From positions 32,001 through 96,000 of the forward strand of contig CAVRGP010000013.1 in the NCBI GenBank assembly GCA_963720755.1: a stretch of 64,000 bases of DNA, read 5' to 3'. Source of the stretch: an uncultured Chloroflexia bacterium. Its GTDB lineage: Bacteria > Chloroflexota > Limnocylindria > Limnocylindrales > CSP1-4. The position numbers and the translations under genes were made by a program. Numbering within the stretch: the stretch's first letter is position 1; every line of letters begins with the position of its first letter. Below, piece by piece: positions 36,707 through 48,703 of this stretch. The notes beneath the pieces are model-generated. The model did no database searches and was not told where the DNA came from. It saw nothing but the letters and a program-made list of their open reading frames with translations.

Positions 36707-37900
36707 TCACCCCTCGGCGGCGGCCGCGGCTGCCAGATAGACCGGGTCGTCGCGACGGATGAGATCGGGATCGGTCCCGCGGGCGCGGGCCAGTCGCTCG
36801 GTCAACAGCTGGAGCGGCGTCACGCCGCCGATCAGCGCTGCGATCGCCGCGGGGACCTCGGTCCCTGCCCCGACGATGAGCCGGCCGGCCGGGGTCAGTG
36901 CCTGGTGGAGCCCCGTGTCGACCTCGTCGCTCACGATCGCAGCGGCCCGGACGCCGATGATCTGCGCAGCCTCCAGTGCCTCTCGCGCGCGGGCCACCCG
37001 CTCGTCGCGTCGATCCCGATCCGTCAGGACCACGACGAGGCCGGTCGTCGGCCCGGTCGCCGGCAGGTGGCCGTGGAGGAACGTCTCGAGGTCGCGGTAG
37101 GCCGACGGCAGCCAGGCTGCCTCCTCGATCTTCAGGACGAGTTCGCGGCCGGTCGGTCGGTCGGAGCCGGAGGCGATGACGATGAGCTGGGTCGCACCGG
37201 CCAGGCTCGCAGCGATGGCTTCGGCCGCGGTCTCGTCCCTGGAGCCCTCGGCCAGGATCCGGGCTGCGACCTCGGGATCGATCGGTCGGCCTGTGATCGC
37301 CCCGGCGATCGCGGTCGCGGCCAGGATCGGGCTGAGGTAGCCGACGGTGTGACACCAGCCGTGATCGAGCTCGGACGTCTCGACCACGCCGTCGGCGATG
37401 GCCCCGATCGGGGACCGACGGCTCACCGTCAACGCTGCGGTCCGACGACCTGCGGACCGGGCCGCCTGGAGGGCGGCGTTCGTCGCCGGGGTACCGCCGT
37501 CGTGCGATACACCGATGACCAGACCCCTGGCCGGCGGTTCGAGCGACAGCTCGAATGCCTGTTCGGACGTGACCGAAACCACGGGGAACCCGGCATCTCC
37601 GGCGGCCTCGCGAAGGATCTCCGCCGTGGCGAGCGCCCCGTGTTCCGAGGTGCCGCAGCCGGTGACGGTGACCGGGTCTCCGTCCTCGAGCGTGGCCCGG
37701 ATCGACTCGGCGAGCGCCTTGACCGCGCCGTCGTTCGCCAGGCGAGTCAGCATCCGGCGGGCAAGTGCGGGTTCGGCCGCGATCATGTCGGTCATGTGAT
37801 ACGGAACGCCGCCGCGGGCCACCGGCATCGGTGCCGGTTCCCAGGGTTCGGGCGGTCCCGCGAGCGGCGCGGCTGGGTCGAACGTGGGTCCGGAAGTCAT
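36707..37900 (-). CDS. Double-SIS-domain sugar-phosphate isomerase/deaminase (GlmS/AgaS/FrlB-like, no glutaminase)
   Basis: TGCGTSEHG, VSHDGGT, ELVLKIEE, FLHGH, PLQLL. Confidence 0.82.
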   Translation of the reverse strand: MTSGPTFDPAAPLAGPPEPWEPAPMPVARGGVPYHMTDMIAAEPALARRMLTRLANDGAVKALAESIRATLEDGDPVTVTGCGTSEHGALATAEILREAAGDAGFPVVSVTSEQAFELSLEPPARGLVIGVSHDGGTPATNAALQAARSAGRRTAALTVSRRSPIGAIADGVVETSELDHGWCHTVGYLSPILAATAIAGAITGRPIDPEVAARILAEGSRDETAAEAIAASLAGATQLIVIASGSDRPTGRELVLKIEEAAWLPSAYRDLETFLHGHLPATGPTTGLVVVLTDRDRRDERVARAREALEAAQIIGVRAAAIVSDEVDTGLHQALTPAGRLIVGAGTEVPAAIAALIGGVTPLQLLTERLARARGTDPDLIRRDDPVYLAAAAAAEG

Positions 37901-38007
37901 GCGCATCTCCTTCGAAGCCGATCGAGGATAGGCTTTACCTGTCCACGCCGGTCGGCGGGCTCGCAAGGTGCGACAGCCCGGATCGGATGACGCCGCGAGG
38001 AGGGCAG

Positions 38008-38892
38008 ATGCAGGTCGGGTTGATGGCGCCGCAGGGCTGGAAGGGCGAGTACGACGGGTGGGCGCCGGCGGAGGCCTGGGCGCGAACGGTCGAACTCGCT
38101 CAGCACGCAGAAGCCGCCGGGTTCGAGGCCCTCTGGGTGTTCGATCATTTCCACACGGTCCCGCGACCGACCGACGAGATCACCTTCGAGTCGTTCTCCG
38201 TGCTCGCCGCGCTGGCGATGGCGACGACCCGCGTGCGCCTCGGCCACATGGTCATCTGCGCCGGATTTCGGAACCCGGCGCTCACCGCGAAGCTGTCGTC
38301 GACGCTCGATGTCATCAGCGGTGGGCGGTTCGAGCTCGGGATCGGCGCGGGCTGGAAGGAGGAGGAGTGGCGCGCCTACGGCTACGGATTCCCCACGCTC
38401 GCCGAGCGGATGGGTGCCCTGGGCGATCAGCTCGAGATCATCACCGCGATGCTGTCCCCCGACCGATCGACGTATGACGGCGCGTACCACAGCGTCCGCG
38501 GTGCGATCAACGTCCCGACCGGTCTCCAGCAGCCGCGCATCCCGATCATCGTGGGTGGCAACGGGAAGCAGGTGACGGCGGGGTACGCCATCCGCTACGC
38601 CGACGAACTCAACTATGTGTTCCTCGAATCCGGGGAGGTCGCGGCCCGGATGGCGTCGGTCCGCCAGCGCTGCGAGGACGAGGGTCGCGATCCGGCGAGC
38701 CTTCGCTTCTCCCTCTACGTCTCGGACGAGGCCATGCGGACCGCGGGCCAGGCACGGATCGACACCGTGGCCGAGTTCGCCGCGATCGGGCTGGACCGGC
38801 TCGTGTGCTTCCCGACACGCTGGTCACCGACCGTCGAAGCCCAGGAAGCGTTCGCCGCGGACTGCCGCGCCGCCGGTATCCTCCTCGGCTAG
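38008..38892 (+). CDS. LLM-class (probably F420-dependent) oxidoreductase
   Basis: WVFDHFHT, FRNPALTAK, SGGRFELGIGAGW, IIVGGNG. Confidence 0.9.
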   Translation: MQVGLMAPQGWKGEYDGWAPAEAWARTVELAQHAEAAGFEALWVFDHFHTVPRPTDEITFESFSVLAALAMATTRVRLGHMVICAGFRNPALTAKLSSTLDVISGGRFELGIGAGWKEEEWRAYGYGFPTLAERMGALGDQLEIITAMLSPDRSTYDGAYHSVRGAINVPTGLQQPRIPIIVGGNGKQVTAGYAIRYADELNYVFLESGEVAARMASVRQRCEDEGRDPASLRFSLYVSDEAMRTAGQARIDTVAEFAAIGLDRLVCFPTRWSPTVEAQEAFAADCRAAGILLG

Positions 38893-39293
38893 GACCCGAT
38901 CGGCCGCGGCGGGATCAGGCCGATCCGGCGAAGTGGGGCGTAGCGGAACCACGCCCGCCCGACGAGCATGTCCACCGGTACCGGGCCGTATCGCCGGGAG
39001 TCGATCGGCTCCCCGAACCCAGCGGCCGCAGTGTCGTCGGCCCCGGCGTCGCTCAGGAGCCACGCTTCATCGTCGGCCAGTTCCAGGTACCCGTCGGCAA
39101 ATGCCACGCGTTCGCCCGGACGCGCGGCCACGCGCTTGATCGAGAGCGTGCCGGCGTCCGGCTCGCGGAACACCACCACGGAACCGCGGCGCGGCCAACG
39201 GGCCACGGTGGGATCGATCAGCAGCCAGTCGCCGGGCGCGATGGCCGGTGCCATGCTCGCCTCGGCGACCGCGATGCGCCAAGGCCCGCGCAG
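38889..39293 (-). CDS. sodX: Nickel-SOD maturation protease (S26 family); start uncertain, upstream of Met 39254
   Basis: RIAVAEASMAPAIAPGDWLL, IKRV, DSRRYGPV; directly downstream of sodN. Confidence 0.8.
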   Translation of the reverse strand: MRGPWRIAVAEASMAPAIAPGDWLLIDPTVARWPRRGSVVVFREPDAGTLSIKRVAARPGERVAFADGYLELADDEAWLLSDAGADDTAAAGFGEPIDSRRYGPVPVDMLVGRAWFRYAPLRRIGLIPPRPIGS

Positions 39294-39328
39294 CCTTTCC
39301 GCGCGGGCGCCGGTCCGGCGGGGAGGAC

Positions 39329-39742
39329 CTACTTCTTGGTCGCCCAGAAGATGTCGCTGAACTCCTTGACCGCCGCCTCGAGCTGCGCGGCCGCCTCGGC
39401 ATCGACGCTCTGCTTGTTCTTGCCGGCAAGCTTGAGCAGTTTCCAGACCTTGTCATGCAGGTCCGGATACGTGGCGAGGTGTTCCGGCTTGAAGTAGTCG
39501 GACCAGATGATCTGGACCTCGCGCTTGACCTTCTCGGCGTGGTCTTCCTTGACCCGGACGCAGCGGCTGAACTTGTTGCGCGTCTCCGTGTCGTTCCCGT
39601 CGAGACCGTTGATCAGCTCGACCATCCGGGCCACGGTGCGGGCCGCGACCTCGGCTTCATGTGGATCGTAGATACCGCAGGGGATGTCGCAGTGGGCGTA
39701 CGCCGTCGTCGTCGGGGCGAGCCAGCTGGTCAGTCGAGACAT
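39329..39742 (-). CDS. sodN: Nickel superoxide dismutase
   Basis: Ni-hook HCDIPCGIYDP after a 16-aa propeptide; WSDYFKP, IFWATK; AAGGAG RBS. Confidence 0.96.
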   Translation of the reverse strand: MSRLTSWLAPTTTAYAHCDIPCGIYDPHEAEVAARTVARMVELINGLDGNDTETRNKFSRCVRVKEDHAEKVKREVQIIWSDYFKPEHLATYPDLHDKVWKLLKLAGKNKQSVDAEAAAQLEAAVKEFSDIFWATKK

Positions 39743-39793
39743 GGGACTCCTTTGGGGCTGGAGGGTGGGCCTGGCCGTCGTCTCTGTCCCTGA

Positions 39794-39861
39794 AGTCTCA
39801 GAGCCATCGACAAGGCTGTCAAACGCCCGGGTTTGACAGGCACCAGTCGCTCGCATACGGT
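39794..39861. promoter_or_regulatory. Bidirectional sigma70-type promoter built on a palindrome
   Basis: CTGTCAAAC-N6-GTTTGACAG (39816-39839); plus TTGACA-N17-TACGGT; minus TTGACA-N17-GAGACT. Confidence 0.65.
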
Positions 39862-39982
39862 CACGAAACCCCTTCGATCGGACCTCCCGCACGCCTCCCG
39901 GAGCCAACCATCGGCGCCTTCGCGTCCACCGCGCCCACCCTGACCGAGCCCGCCTCGCCGGCATCGCCGCCACGATCCCGCC

Positions 39983-42091
39983 GTGAGTGACGTCTGGGCA
40001 GGGATCCCGTATCCGCTCGGCGCGACCTACGACGGCTGGGGCACGAACTTCTCGCTCTTCTCGGAGGTGGCCGACCGGGTCGAGCTGTGTCTGTTCGACG
40101 GCGATGGCATCGAGACGCGAGTGGAGATGCCCGAGTCCACGGGCTACGTCTGGCACGCATACATGCCCCAGGTGGTCGGTGGCCAGCTCTACGGCTACCG
40201 CGTCCACGGCCCGTGGGACCCCGGGAACGGGCATCGCTGCAACCCGGCGAAGCTGCTCATGGACCCGTATGCCAAAGCGATCGACGGCCGGGTCGACTGG
40301 GATCCGGCGGTCTTCCCGTACCGGATGGACGACCCCGACGGCGGGCCCGATGGAGCCGACAGCGCCCCGTTCATGCCGCGCTCCGTCGTCATCGACCCGG
40401 CATTCGACTGGGGCGACGACCGTCCGCCACGGCATCCCCCGAGTGCGACCATCCTCTACGAGGTCCACGTCAAGGGGTTCACGGCCCGTCATCCGGCGAT
40501 CCCCGAAGCCCTCCGCGGGACGTACGCGGGACTGGCCCACCCGGTGTCGATCGACTACCTGCACTCGCTCGGCATCACCGCCATCGAGCTCATGCCGGTC
40601 CACCAGTTCATCCACGACGCCGGCCTTGTCGAGCGCGGCCTGCGGAACTACTGGGGCTACAACTCGATCGGCTTCCTGGCGCCGCACAACGGCTACGCCA
40701 ACGATCAGCAGCGCGGCGCCCAGGTGGCTGAGTTCAAGTCGATGGTTCGGGCGATGCACGACGCGGGGATCGAGGTGATCCTCGACGTCGTCTACAACCA
40801 CACGGCGGAAGGCAACCACCTCGGCCCGATGCTCTCGTTCAAGGGCATCGACAACGCCGCCTACTACCGCCTCGTGCCGGATGATCGGCGGCACTACCTC
40901 GATTACACCGGGACCGGCAACACGCTCAACGTCCGGCATCCGCACAGCCTGCAGCTGATCATGGACAGCCTGCGCTACTGGATCCGCGACATGCATGTCG
41001 ATGGGTTCCGGTTCGATCTCGCGGCGGCGCTGGCGCGCGAGCTCCACGACGTCGACCGGCTATCGGCGTTCTTCGATCTCATCCACCAGGACCCCACCGT
41101 GAACCAGGTCAAGCTGATCGCCGAGCCCTGGGACGTCGGCGAGGGTGGCTACCAGGTGGGCAACTTCCCGCCCCAATGGGCCGAATGGAACGGCCGCTAC
41201 CGCGACACGATCCGCGACTTCTGGCGGGGCACGCCGGAGCCACTGGCCGACTTCGGCTACCGCCTCACCGGCAGCTCCGACCTCTACGCGAGCACGGGCC
41301 GGCGGCCGTACGCGAGCATCAACTTCATCACCGCGCACGATGGCTTCACCCTGGCCGACCTCGTCGCGTACGACCAGAAACACAACGACGCCAACGGCGA
41401 GGATGGGCGCGATGGCGAGTCCTACAACCGCTCCTGGAACCACGGCGCCGAGGGACCCACGGACGACGTGGCCATCAACGCCGCGAGAGCGCGGGACCAG
41501 CGCAACTTCCTGGCGACCTTGTTCCTGTCGCAGGGGGTGCCGATGCTCCTTGGCGGCGATGAGATCGGCCGGACCCAGGGCGGCAACAACAACGGCTACG
41601 CGCAGGACAACGAGGTCTCGTGGTTCGACTGGGACGCGATCGACGACGACCTCCTCGACTTCACCCGCCGGCTGATCGCGTTCCGGGTCGACCACCCGGC
41701 CTTCCGCCGCCGGCGCTGGTTCCTGGGGCTCCCGATCCACGGTGTGCAGGCGCGCGAGATCGAGTGGTTCGCCCCCGACGGCAGACCGATGGGCGACGAG
41801 CACTGGCACGACCCGATGGAGCAGGGGATCGGGGTCTTCATCTCCGGCGAGGGCCTGGTCGATATCCACGGCCTGCCCGAGGGCGATGACTCGTTCTTCC
41901 TGGCGTTCAACCCGCATCCTGACCAGCGGGCCTTCGTCCTGCCCGACCCGGGACACATCAGTGGGTGGCGCGTGTGCCTCGATACCGCGGCGGCCCAGCC
42001 GTTCCCGGTGCGCGGCCGTACGGTCCTGCCCGGGAAACGGCGCAAGGTCGCCGGACACTCCGTGGTCGTCCTGCGGGGTGTACCCGTTTGA
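39983..42091 (+). CDS. glgX: Glycogen debranching enzyme
   Basis: PLGATYDG, NYWGYN, DVVYNHTAEG, DGFRFDLA, IAEPWD, TAHDGFTL. Confidence 0.96.
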   Translation: MSDVWAGIPYPLGATYDGWGTNFSLFSEVADRVELCLFDGDGIETRVEMPESTGYVWHAYMPQVVGGQLYGYRVHGPWDPGNGHRCNPAKLLMDPYAKAIDGRVDWDPAVFPYRMDDPDGGPDGADSAPFMPRSVVIDPAFDWGDDRPPRHPPSATILYEVHVKGFTARHPAIPEALRGTYAGLAHPVSIDYLHSLGITAIELMPVHQFIHDAGLVERGLRNYWGYNSIGFLAPHNGYANDQQRGAQVAEFKSMVRAMHDAGIEVILDVVYNHTAEGNHLGPMLSFKGIDNAAYYRLVPDDRRHYLDYTGTGNTLNVRHPHSLQLIMDSLRYWIRDMHVDGFRFDLAAALARELHDVDRLSAFFDLIHQDPTVNQVKLIAEPWDVGEGGYQVGNFPPQWAEWNGRYRDTIRDFWRGTPEPLADFGYRLTGSSDLYASTGRRPYASINFITAHDGFTLADLVAYDQKHNDANGEDGRDGESYNRSWNHGAEGPTDDVAINAARARDQRNFLATLFLSQGVPMLLGGDEIGRTQGGNNNGYAQDNEVSWFDWDAIDDDLLDFTRRLIAFRVDHPAFRRRRWFLGLPIHGVQAREIEWFAPDGRPMGDEHWHDPMEQGIGVFISGEGLVDIHGLPEGDDSFFLAFNPHPDQRAFVLPDPGHISGWRVCLDTAAAQPFPVRGRTVLPGKRRKVAGHSVVVLRGVPV

Positions 42092-44781
42092 TGGGGCAGT
42101 CGCCGCGGGGTATGCGCTCATCACCGCGGGCGACCTACCGCGTCCAGTTGCGACCGTCGTTCGATCTCGAGGCCGCAGGCGAGGTCGCCCCCTACCTCGA
42201 ACGTCTCGGGATCAGCCACGTGTACATGTCGCCGATCCTCCAGGCCGCCCCCGGCAGCGACCACGGCTACGACGTCGTCGACCCGCACCGGGTCAGCAGC
42301 GAGCTTGGTGGCGAGGTCGCCCACCAGCAGTTCAGTCGAAGACTGGGCCGACACCACCTCGGCCAGATCATCGACATCGTGCCCAACCACATGGCGATCT
42401 CCGGGCCGGAGAACCCGTGGTGGTGGGACGTCCTGGAAAACGGGCCGGCCAGCCGGTACGCGCCGTACTTCGACGTGGACTGGGACCCACCCGAATCGTA
42501 TCTGCGGAACACGGTCCTCCTGCCGATCCTGGACGACCACTACGGTCGAGTCCTCGAGGCGGGTGGCCTGCGCATCGAGCGCGATGCCGGATCGTTCGTC
42601 CTGACCTACGGCGAGCACCGTCTGCCGATCGCGCCGCCTGCCGCCGCCGATCTGGTGACGGCGGCCGGTCGACGGTGCGGATCGGATGACCTGGTCTTCA
42701 TCGGCGGTGCCCTCGGCCGGCTCCCGCCATCGACCGCAGTCGATCGCGGGAGCCTCGACCGGCGCCATCGCGACAAGGAGGTCCTGCGCGCCCAGCTGGC
42801 TCGACTCGCGACCGAGCATGCGGAGGTCGCTCGCGCCCTCGATGAGCTGATCGCCGAGACGAACGTGGACCCCGATGCGCTTGACGTCATCCTCGATCGT
42901 CAGAACTATCGGATCGCCTACTGGCGGGCGGCTGGCCGCGATCTCGGGTACCGCCAATTCTTCGATGTGACCGGTCTGATCGGGATCCGGATCGAGGATC
43001 CGGATGTCTTCGCCGACACCCACGCACTGGTCCTCCGGTGGATCCGCGAGGGCGTCATCGACGGTCTGCGGGTCGATCACCCCGACGGTCTGCGCGATCC
43101 GGCCGGCTACTTCCGCACGCTCCGCGCCGCGACGCCCGACGGCTGGATCGTCGCGGAGAAGATCCTCCAGGTCGGCGAGGACCTTCCGGGCGACTGGCCG
43201 ATCGACGGGACGACCGGATACGAATTCCTCAACCTCGTTGGCGGTCTGTTCGTCGATCCGGGGGCGGAGGAGGCCATGACCCGGACCTATCAGGCGTTCA
43301 GTGGCCTCGACGACGACTTCGAGGCGGTGGTCCGGGCATCCAAGCTGGTCGTGCTGCACGACAACCTCGGGAGCGAACTCAATCGACTGACCGCGCTCCT
43401 CCTCGAGATCTGCGAGTCCCATCGACGCCAGCGGGACTACACCCGACACGATTGTCACGAGGTCCTGCGCGAGCTGGCGGTCAGCTTCCCGCGCTACCGG
43501 ACCTACGTCCAGGCCGATGACGGTCTCATCGGAGCGGAGGATGTGGCGACGATCAGGGCGGCGGTCGACGACGCGATCGCAGCCCGCCCCGATGTCGATG
43601 CGGATCTGTTCGAGTTCGTCCACGAGATCCTGACCCTTCGCGTGACCGGCCGGCGCGAGACCGGCTTCGTGATGCGCTTCCAGCAGCTCACCGGCGCCGT
43701 CATGGCCAAGGGCGTGGAGGACACGGCGTTCTACCGGTATCACCGCCTCACCGCACTCAACGATGTGGGTGGGGATCCGACCCGGTTCGGGGTCAGCCCA
43801 TCGGCGTTCCACGCGGCGAACGCGGCTCGTCGATCCGCGTGGCCGGACGCGATGCTGACCACGAGCACGCACGACACGAAGCGCGCGGAGGACGTCCGGG
43901 TGCGGATCGCCGCGTTGTCCGAGATGCCCGCGGCCTGGGCGGCAGCGGTCGATCGGTGGTCGAAGCGTCTCGGCCGATACCGGACCGGCGACGTTCCGGA
44001 TCGAAACACCGAGTACCTCATGTACCAGACCCTGATCGGAGCGTGGCCGATCGAGCCGGAGCGACTGGAGGCGTTCCTCTTGAAGGCCGTCCGCGAGGCG
44101 AAGGTCCACACCTCGTGGTCCACGCCCGACGACGAGTACGAGACGGCCCTCCGAACCTTCGCGACATCGGCCCTGCGCGACCCGGTCTTCATCGCCGACG
44201 TCGAGGCCTTCCTTCCGCCGCTGGTCGCCGCCGGTCGGATCAACTCCATCGCCCAGGAGCTCCTCAAGCTGACGGTCCCCGGTGTTCCCGACATCTACCA
44301 GGGCACCGACCTGTGGGATCTCAGCCTGGTCGATCCCGACAATCGCCGGCCCGTTGACTTCGCCCGCCGCATGCGGCTGCTCGACACCTTCGTCGGCGCG
44401 TCCCCGGAGGAGATCCTGGCCGGGATGGACGAGGGGGCTCCAAAGCTCTGGGTGATCGCCAGGACGCTGGATCTCCGCCGCCGCCGCCCGGAACTGTTCG
44501 ATCGACGGGGCACCTACCGGCCGATCGCGGCCACGGGTCGACGAGCCGGGAACGTCGTCGCCTTCGCTCGCGGGCGTGGCCTCGTCGCCGTCGTCCCCCG
44601 ACTGACCGCTGGGCTCGGTGGCGAGTGGGGCGCGACACGTCTCCCCTTGCCGGTCGGGCGGTGGACGAACCTGCTGAGCGGCGATGGGTCGGCGCCCGTG
44701 ACCGGCCGACCGCGCATCGCCGACCTCCTCGAACGATTCCCGGTCGCCCTGCTGGAAGCCGTGGGACCTGACGAGCCGTGA
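42091..44781 (+). CDS. treY: Malto-oligosyltrehalose synthase
   Basis: ATYRVQL, DIVPNHM, GLRVDHPDGL, AKGVEDTAFYRY, STHDTKR, SLVDPDNRRPVD. Confidence 0.96.
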   Translation: MGQSPRGMRSSPRATYRVQLRPSFDLEAAGEVAPYLERLGISHVYMSPILQAAPGSDHGYDVVDPHRVSSELGGEVAHQQFSRRLGRHHLGQIIDIVPNHMAISGPENPWWWDVLENGPASRYAPYFDVDWDPPESYLRNTVLLPILDDHYGRVLEAGGLRIERDAGSFVLTYGEHRLPIAPPAAADLVTAAGRRCGSDDLVFIGGALGRLPPSTAVDRGSLDRRHRDKEVLRAQLARLATEHAEVARALDELIAETNVDPDALDVILDRQNYRIAYWRAAGRDLGYRQFFDVTGLIGIRIEDPDVFADTHALVLRWIREGVIDGLRVDHPDGLRDPAGYFRTLRAATPDGWIVAEKILQVGEDLPGDWPIDGTTGYEFLNLVGGLFVDPGAEEAMTRTYQAFSGLDDDFEAVVRASKLVVLHDNLGSELNRLTALLLEICESHRRQRDYTRHDCHEVLRELAVSFPRYRTYVQADDGLIGAEDVATIRAAVDDAIAARPDVDADLFEFVHEILTLRVTGRRETGFVMRFQQLTGAVMAKGVEDTAFYRYHRLTALNDVGGDPTRFGVSPSAFHAANAARRSAWPDAMLTTSTHDTKRAEDVRVRIAALSEMPAAWAAAVDRWSKRLGRYRTGDVPDRNTEYLMYQTLIGAWPIEPERLEAFLLKAVREAKVHTSWSTPDDEYETALRTFATSALRDPVFIADVEAFLPPLVAAGRINSIAQELLKLTVPGVPDIYQGTDLWDLSLVDPDNRRPVDFARRMRLLDTFVGASPEEILAGMDEGAPKLWVIARTLDLRRRRPELFDRRGTYRPIAATGRRAGNVVAFARGRGLVAVVPRLTAGLGGEWGATRLPLPVGRWTNLLSGDGSAPVTGRPRIADLLERFPVALLEAVGPDEP

Positions 44782-44798
44782 GGCGACCAGGAGGGGCG

Positions 44799-46568
44799 AT
44801 GGTCGTCCGCGTGTGGGCACCACTGGCCCGGGCCGTCGACCTCGTGGTGGGTCCGGATCGGGAGACCGAGCGACGGACCATGTCGGCGGCCGACGACGGC
44901 TGGTGGGAAGGGGTCTGGCCCGATGTGACCGCCGGGACCGACTATCGCTTCTCGCTGGATGGAGGTCGGCCGATCCCCGATCCACGGTCCGCCTGGCAGC
45001 CGACCGGCGTCCACGGACCATCCCGACTCGTCGACCCGGCTGCCGCCACCTGGAGCGACGATGCGTGGCATCCCGGTCCGCTCTCCGACGCGCTGATCTA
45101 CGAGCTCCACGTGGGGACGTTCAGCCCAGAAGGGACATTCGATGGCGCCATCGGCCGGCTCGACCACCTCGTGTCCCTCGGGGTCAGCCACGTCGAAGTC
45201 ATGCCGGTCAACGCGTTCCCGGGCGTGCATGGGTGGGGTTACGACGGCGTGGCTCTCTACGCGGTCCACGAGCCGTACGGTGGACCGGATGGATTGCGCC
45301 GCTTCGTCGACGCCTGTCACGTCCGGGGCCTCGCGGTCGTGCTGGACGTCGTCTATAACCACCTGGGCCCGGATGGCAACTACCTGGGGCAGTACGGGCC
45401 ATACCAGACGGATCGCTACCGGACCCCGTGGGGCGAGGCCATCAACCTGGACGGGCCTGGTAGCGACGAGGTCCGCCGGTTCATCGTCGACAACGCGATC
45501 GGCTGGCTGCGGGACTACCACATCGACGGGCTCCGGATCGATGCGGTCCACGCCCTGTTCGATGCGTCCGCGACGCACATCCTCGAAGAGCTGGCGAGCG
45601 AGGTCGGCGAACTGTCGGGCGAGCTCGGGCGGGACCTCGTCCTCATCGTCGAGAGCGATCTCAACGATCCGCGCCTGGTCCGCGCCGCCGCCCGCGGTGG
45701 CTACGGCATCGACGCCTCGTGGTCGGACGATCTCCATCACGCCATCCATGTCGCGCTGACCGGGGAGCGCGGCGGGTACTACGAGGATTTCGTCGGCGCG
45801 CCCGATATCGTCCGGGCGATGACCGAGGTGTACGTCTACGCGGGTCGGTATTCGGTCCATCGCCGCCGCCGCCATGGTCGTCCGGCCGACGGGCTCGAAC
45901 CGGGTCGGTTCATCGGCTTCAGCCAGAACCACGACCAGGTCGGCAACCGGGCACTGGGTGAGCGGCTGGCCCATCTCGCGGGACTCGACGCGGCCAGGAT
46001 CGCGGCCACGCTCGTGCTGGCGGGCCCGTTCGTGCCACTCCTGTTCCAGGGCGAGGAATGGGCGGCCTCTAGCCCGTTCCAATTCTTCACCGACCACCAG
46101 GATCCGGATCTCGCCCGGGCCGTGGGCGATGGCCGCAAGCGCGAGTTCGCCGCGTTCGGCTGGCAGCCCGACCAGGTGCCTGACCCGAACGACGTGGCGA
46201 CGTTCACCCGATCGCGCCTGGACTGGACCGAGATCGAGGTCGAGCCGCACGCCTCGATGGTCGCCTGGTATCGGCGGCTGATCGAGCTTCGCCGGGGGCT
46301 CCCGGGCCTGCGCGATGGTCGACGACCGACCGTCCGGGCCGATCTCGATGCCGGCTGGTTCGTCCTCGACCGGGATGCCGTGTCGGTCTACGTGAACCTT
46401 GGCCCGGTCGCGGCGACCGTTCCGCCGCCGGATCCATGGCACGGGACCCGGGCGGACGTGGTCGCCGGGTCGCGCTCCGGCGTCGAGGCCACGACCGGCG
46501 GGATCATCCTGCCGGCGCGGAGCGCGGCGATCGTGGTCCCCGACGGGTCGGCGTCGACTCGGGTTTGA
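44799..46568 (+). CDS. treZ: Malto-oligosyltrehalose trehalohydrolase
   Basis: WGYDG, VVYNHLGP, GLRIDAVH, QNHDQVGNRA, LFQGEEW. Confidence 0.96.
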   Translation: MVVRVWAPLARAVDLVVGPDRETERRTMSAADDGWWEGVWPDVTAGTDYRFSLDGGRPIPDPRSAWQPTGVHGPSRLVDPAAATWSDDAWHPGPLSDALIYELHVGTFSPEGTFDGAIGRLDHLVSLGVSHVEVMPVNAFPGVHGWGYDGVALYAVHEPYGGPDGLRRFVDACHVRGLAVVLDVVYNHLGPDGNYLGQYGPYQTDRYRTPWGEAINLDGPGSDEVRRFIVDNAIGWLRDYHIDGLRIDAVHALFDASATHILEELASEVGELSGELGRDLVLIVESDLNDPRLVRAAARGGYGIDASWSDDLHHAIHVALTGERGGYYEDFVGAPDIVRAMTEVYVYAGRYSVHRRRRHGRPADGLEPGRFIGFSQNHDQVGNRALGERLAHLAGLDAARIAATLVLAGPFVPLLFQGEEWAASSPFQFFTDHQDPDLARAVGDGRKREFAAFGWQPDQVPDPNDVATFTRSRLDWTEIEVEPHASMVAWYRRLIELRRGLPGLRDGRRPTVRADLDAGWFVLDRDAVSVYVNLGPVAATVPPPDPWHGTRADVVAGSRSGVEATTGGIILPARSAAIVVPDGSASTRV

Positions 46569-46598
46569 CACTCTCGCGCGGCACGGCATAGGGTCACG
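46560..46598 (+). promoter_or_regulatory. Internal promoter for glgE-treS sharing a motif with the glgX promoter
   Basis: CGGGTTTGACA-N15-GCATAGGGTCACG (TTGACA-N18-TAGGGT). Confidence 0.55.
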
Positions 46599-46606
46599 GG
46601 GACGCT

Positions 46607-48702
<2,096 letters not shown>

Positions 48703-48703
<1 letters not shown>

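Noticed and set aside
39254-39331. Amber readthrough fusing sodN to sodX
   Set aside because: 74 nt separate the TAG from the sodX Met codon, so they are not in frame
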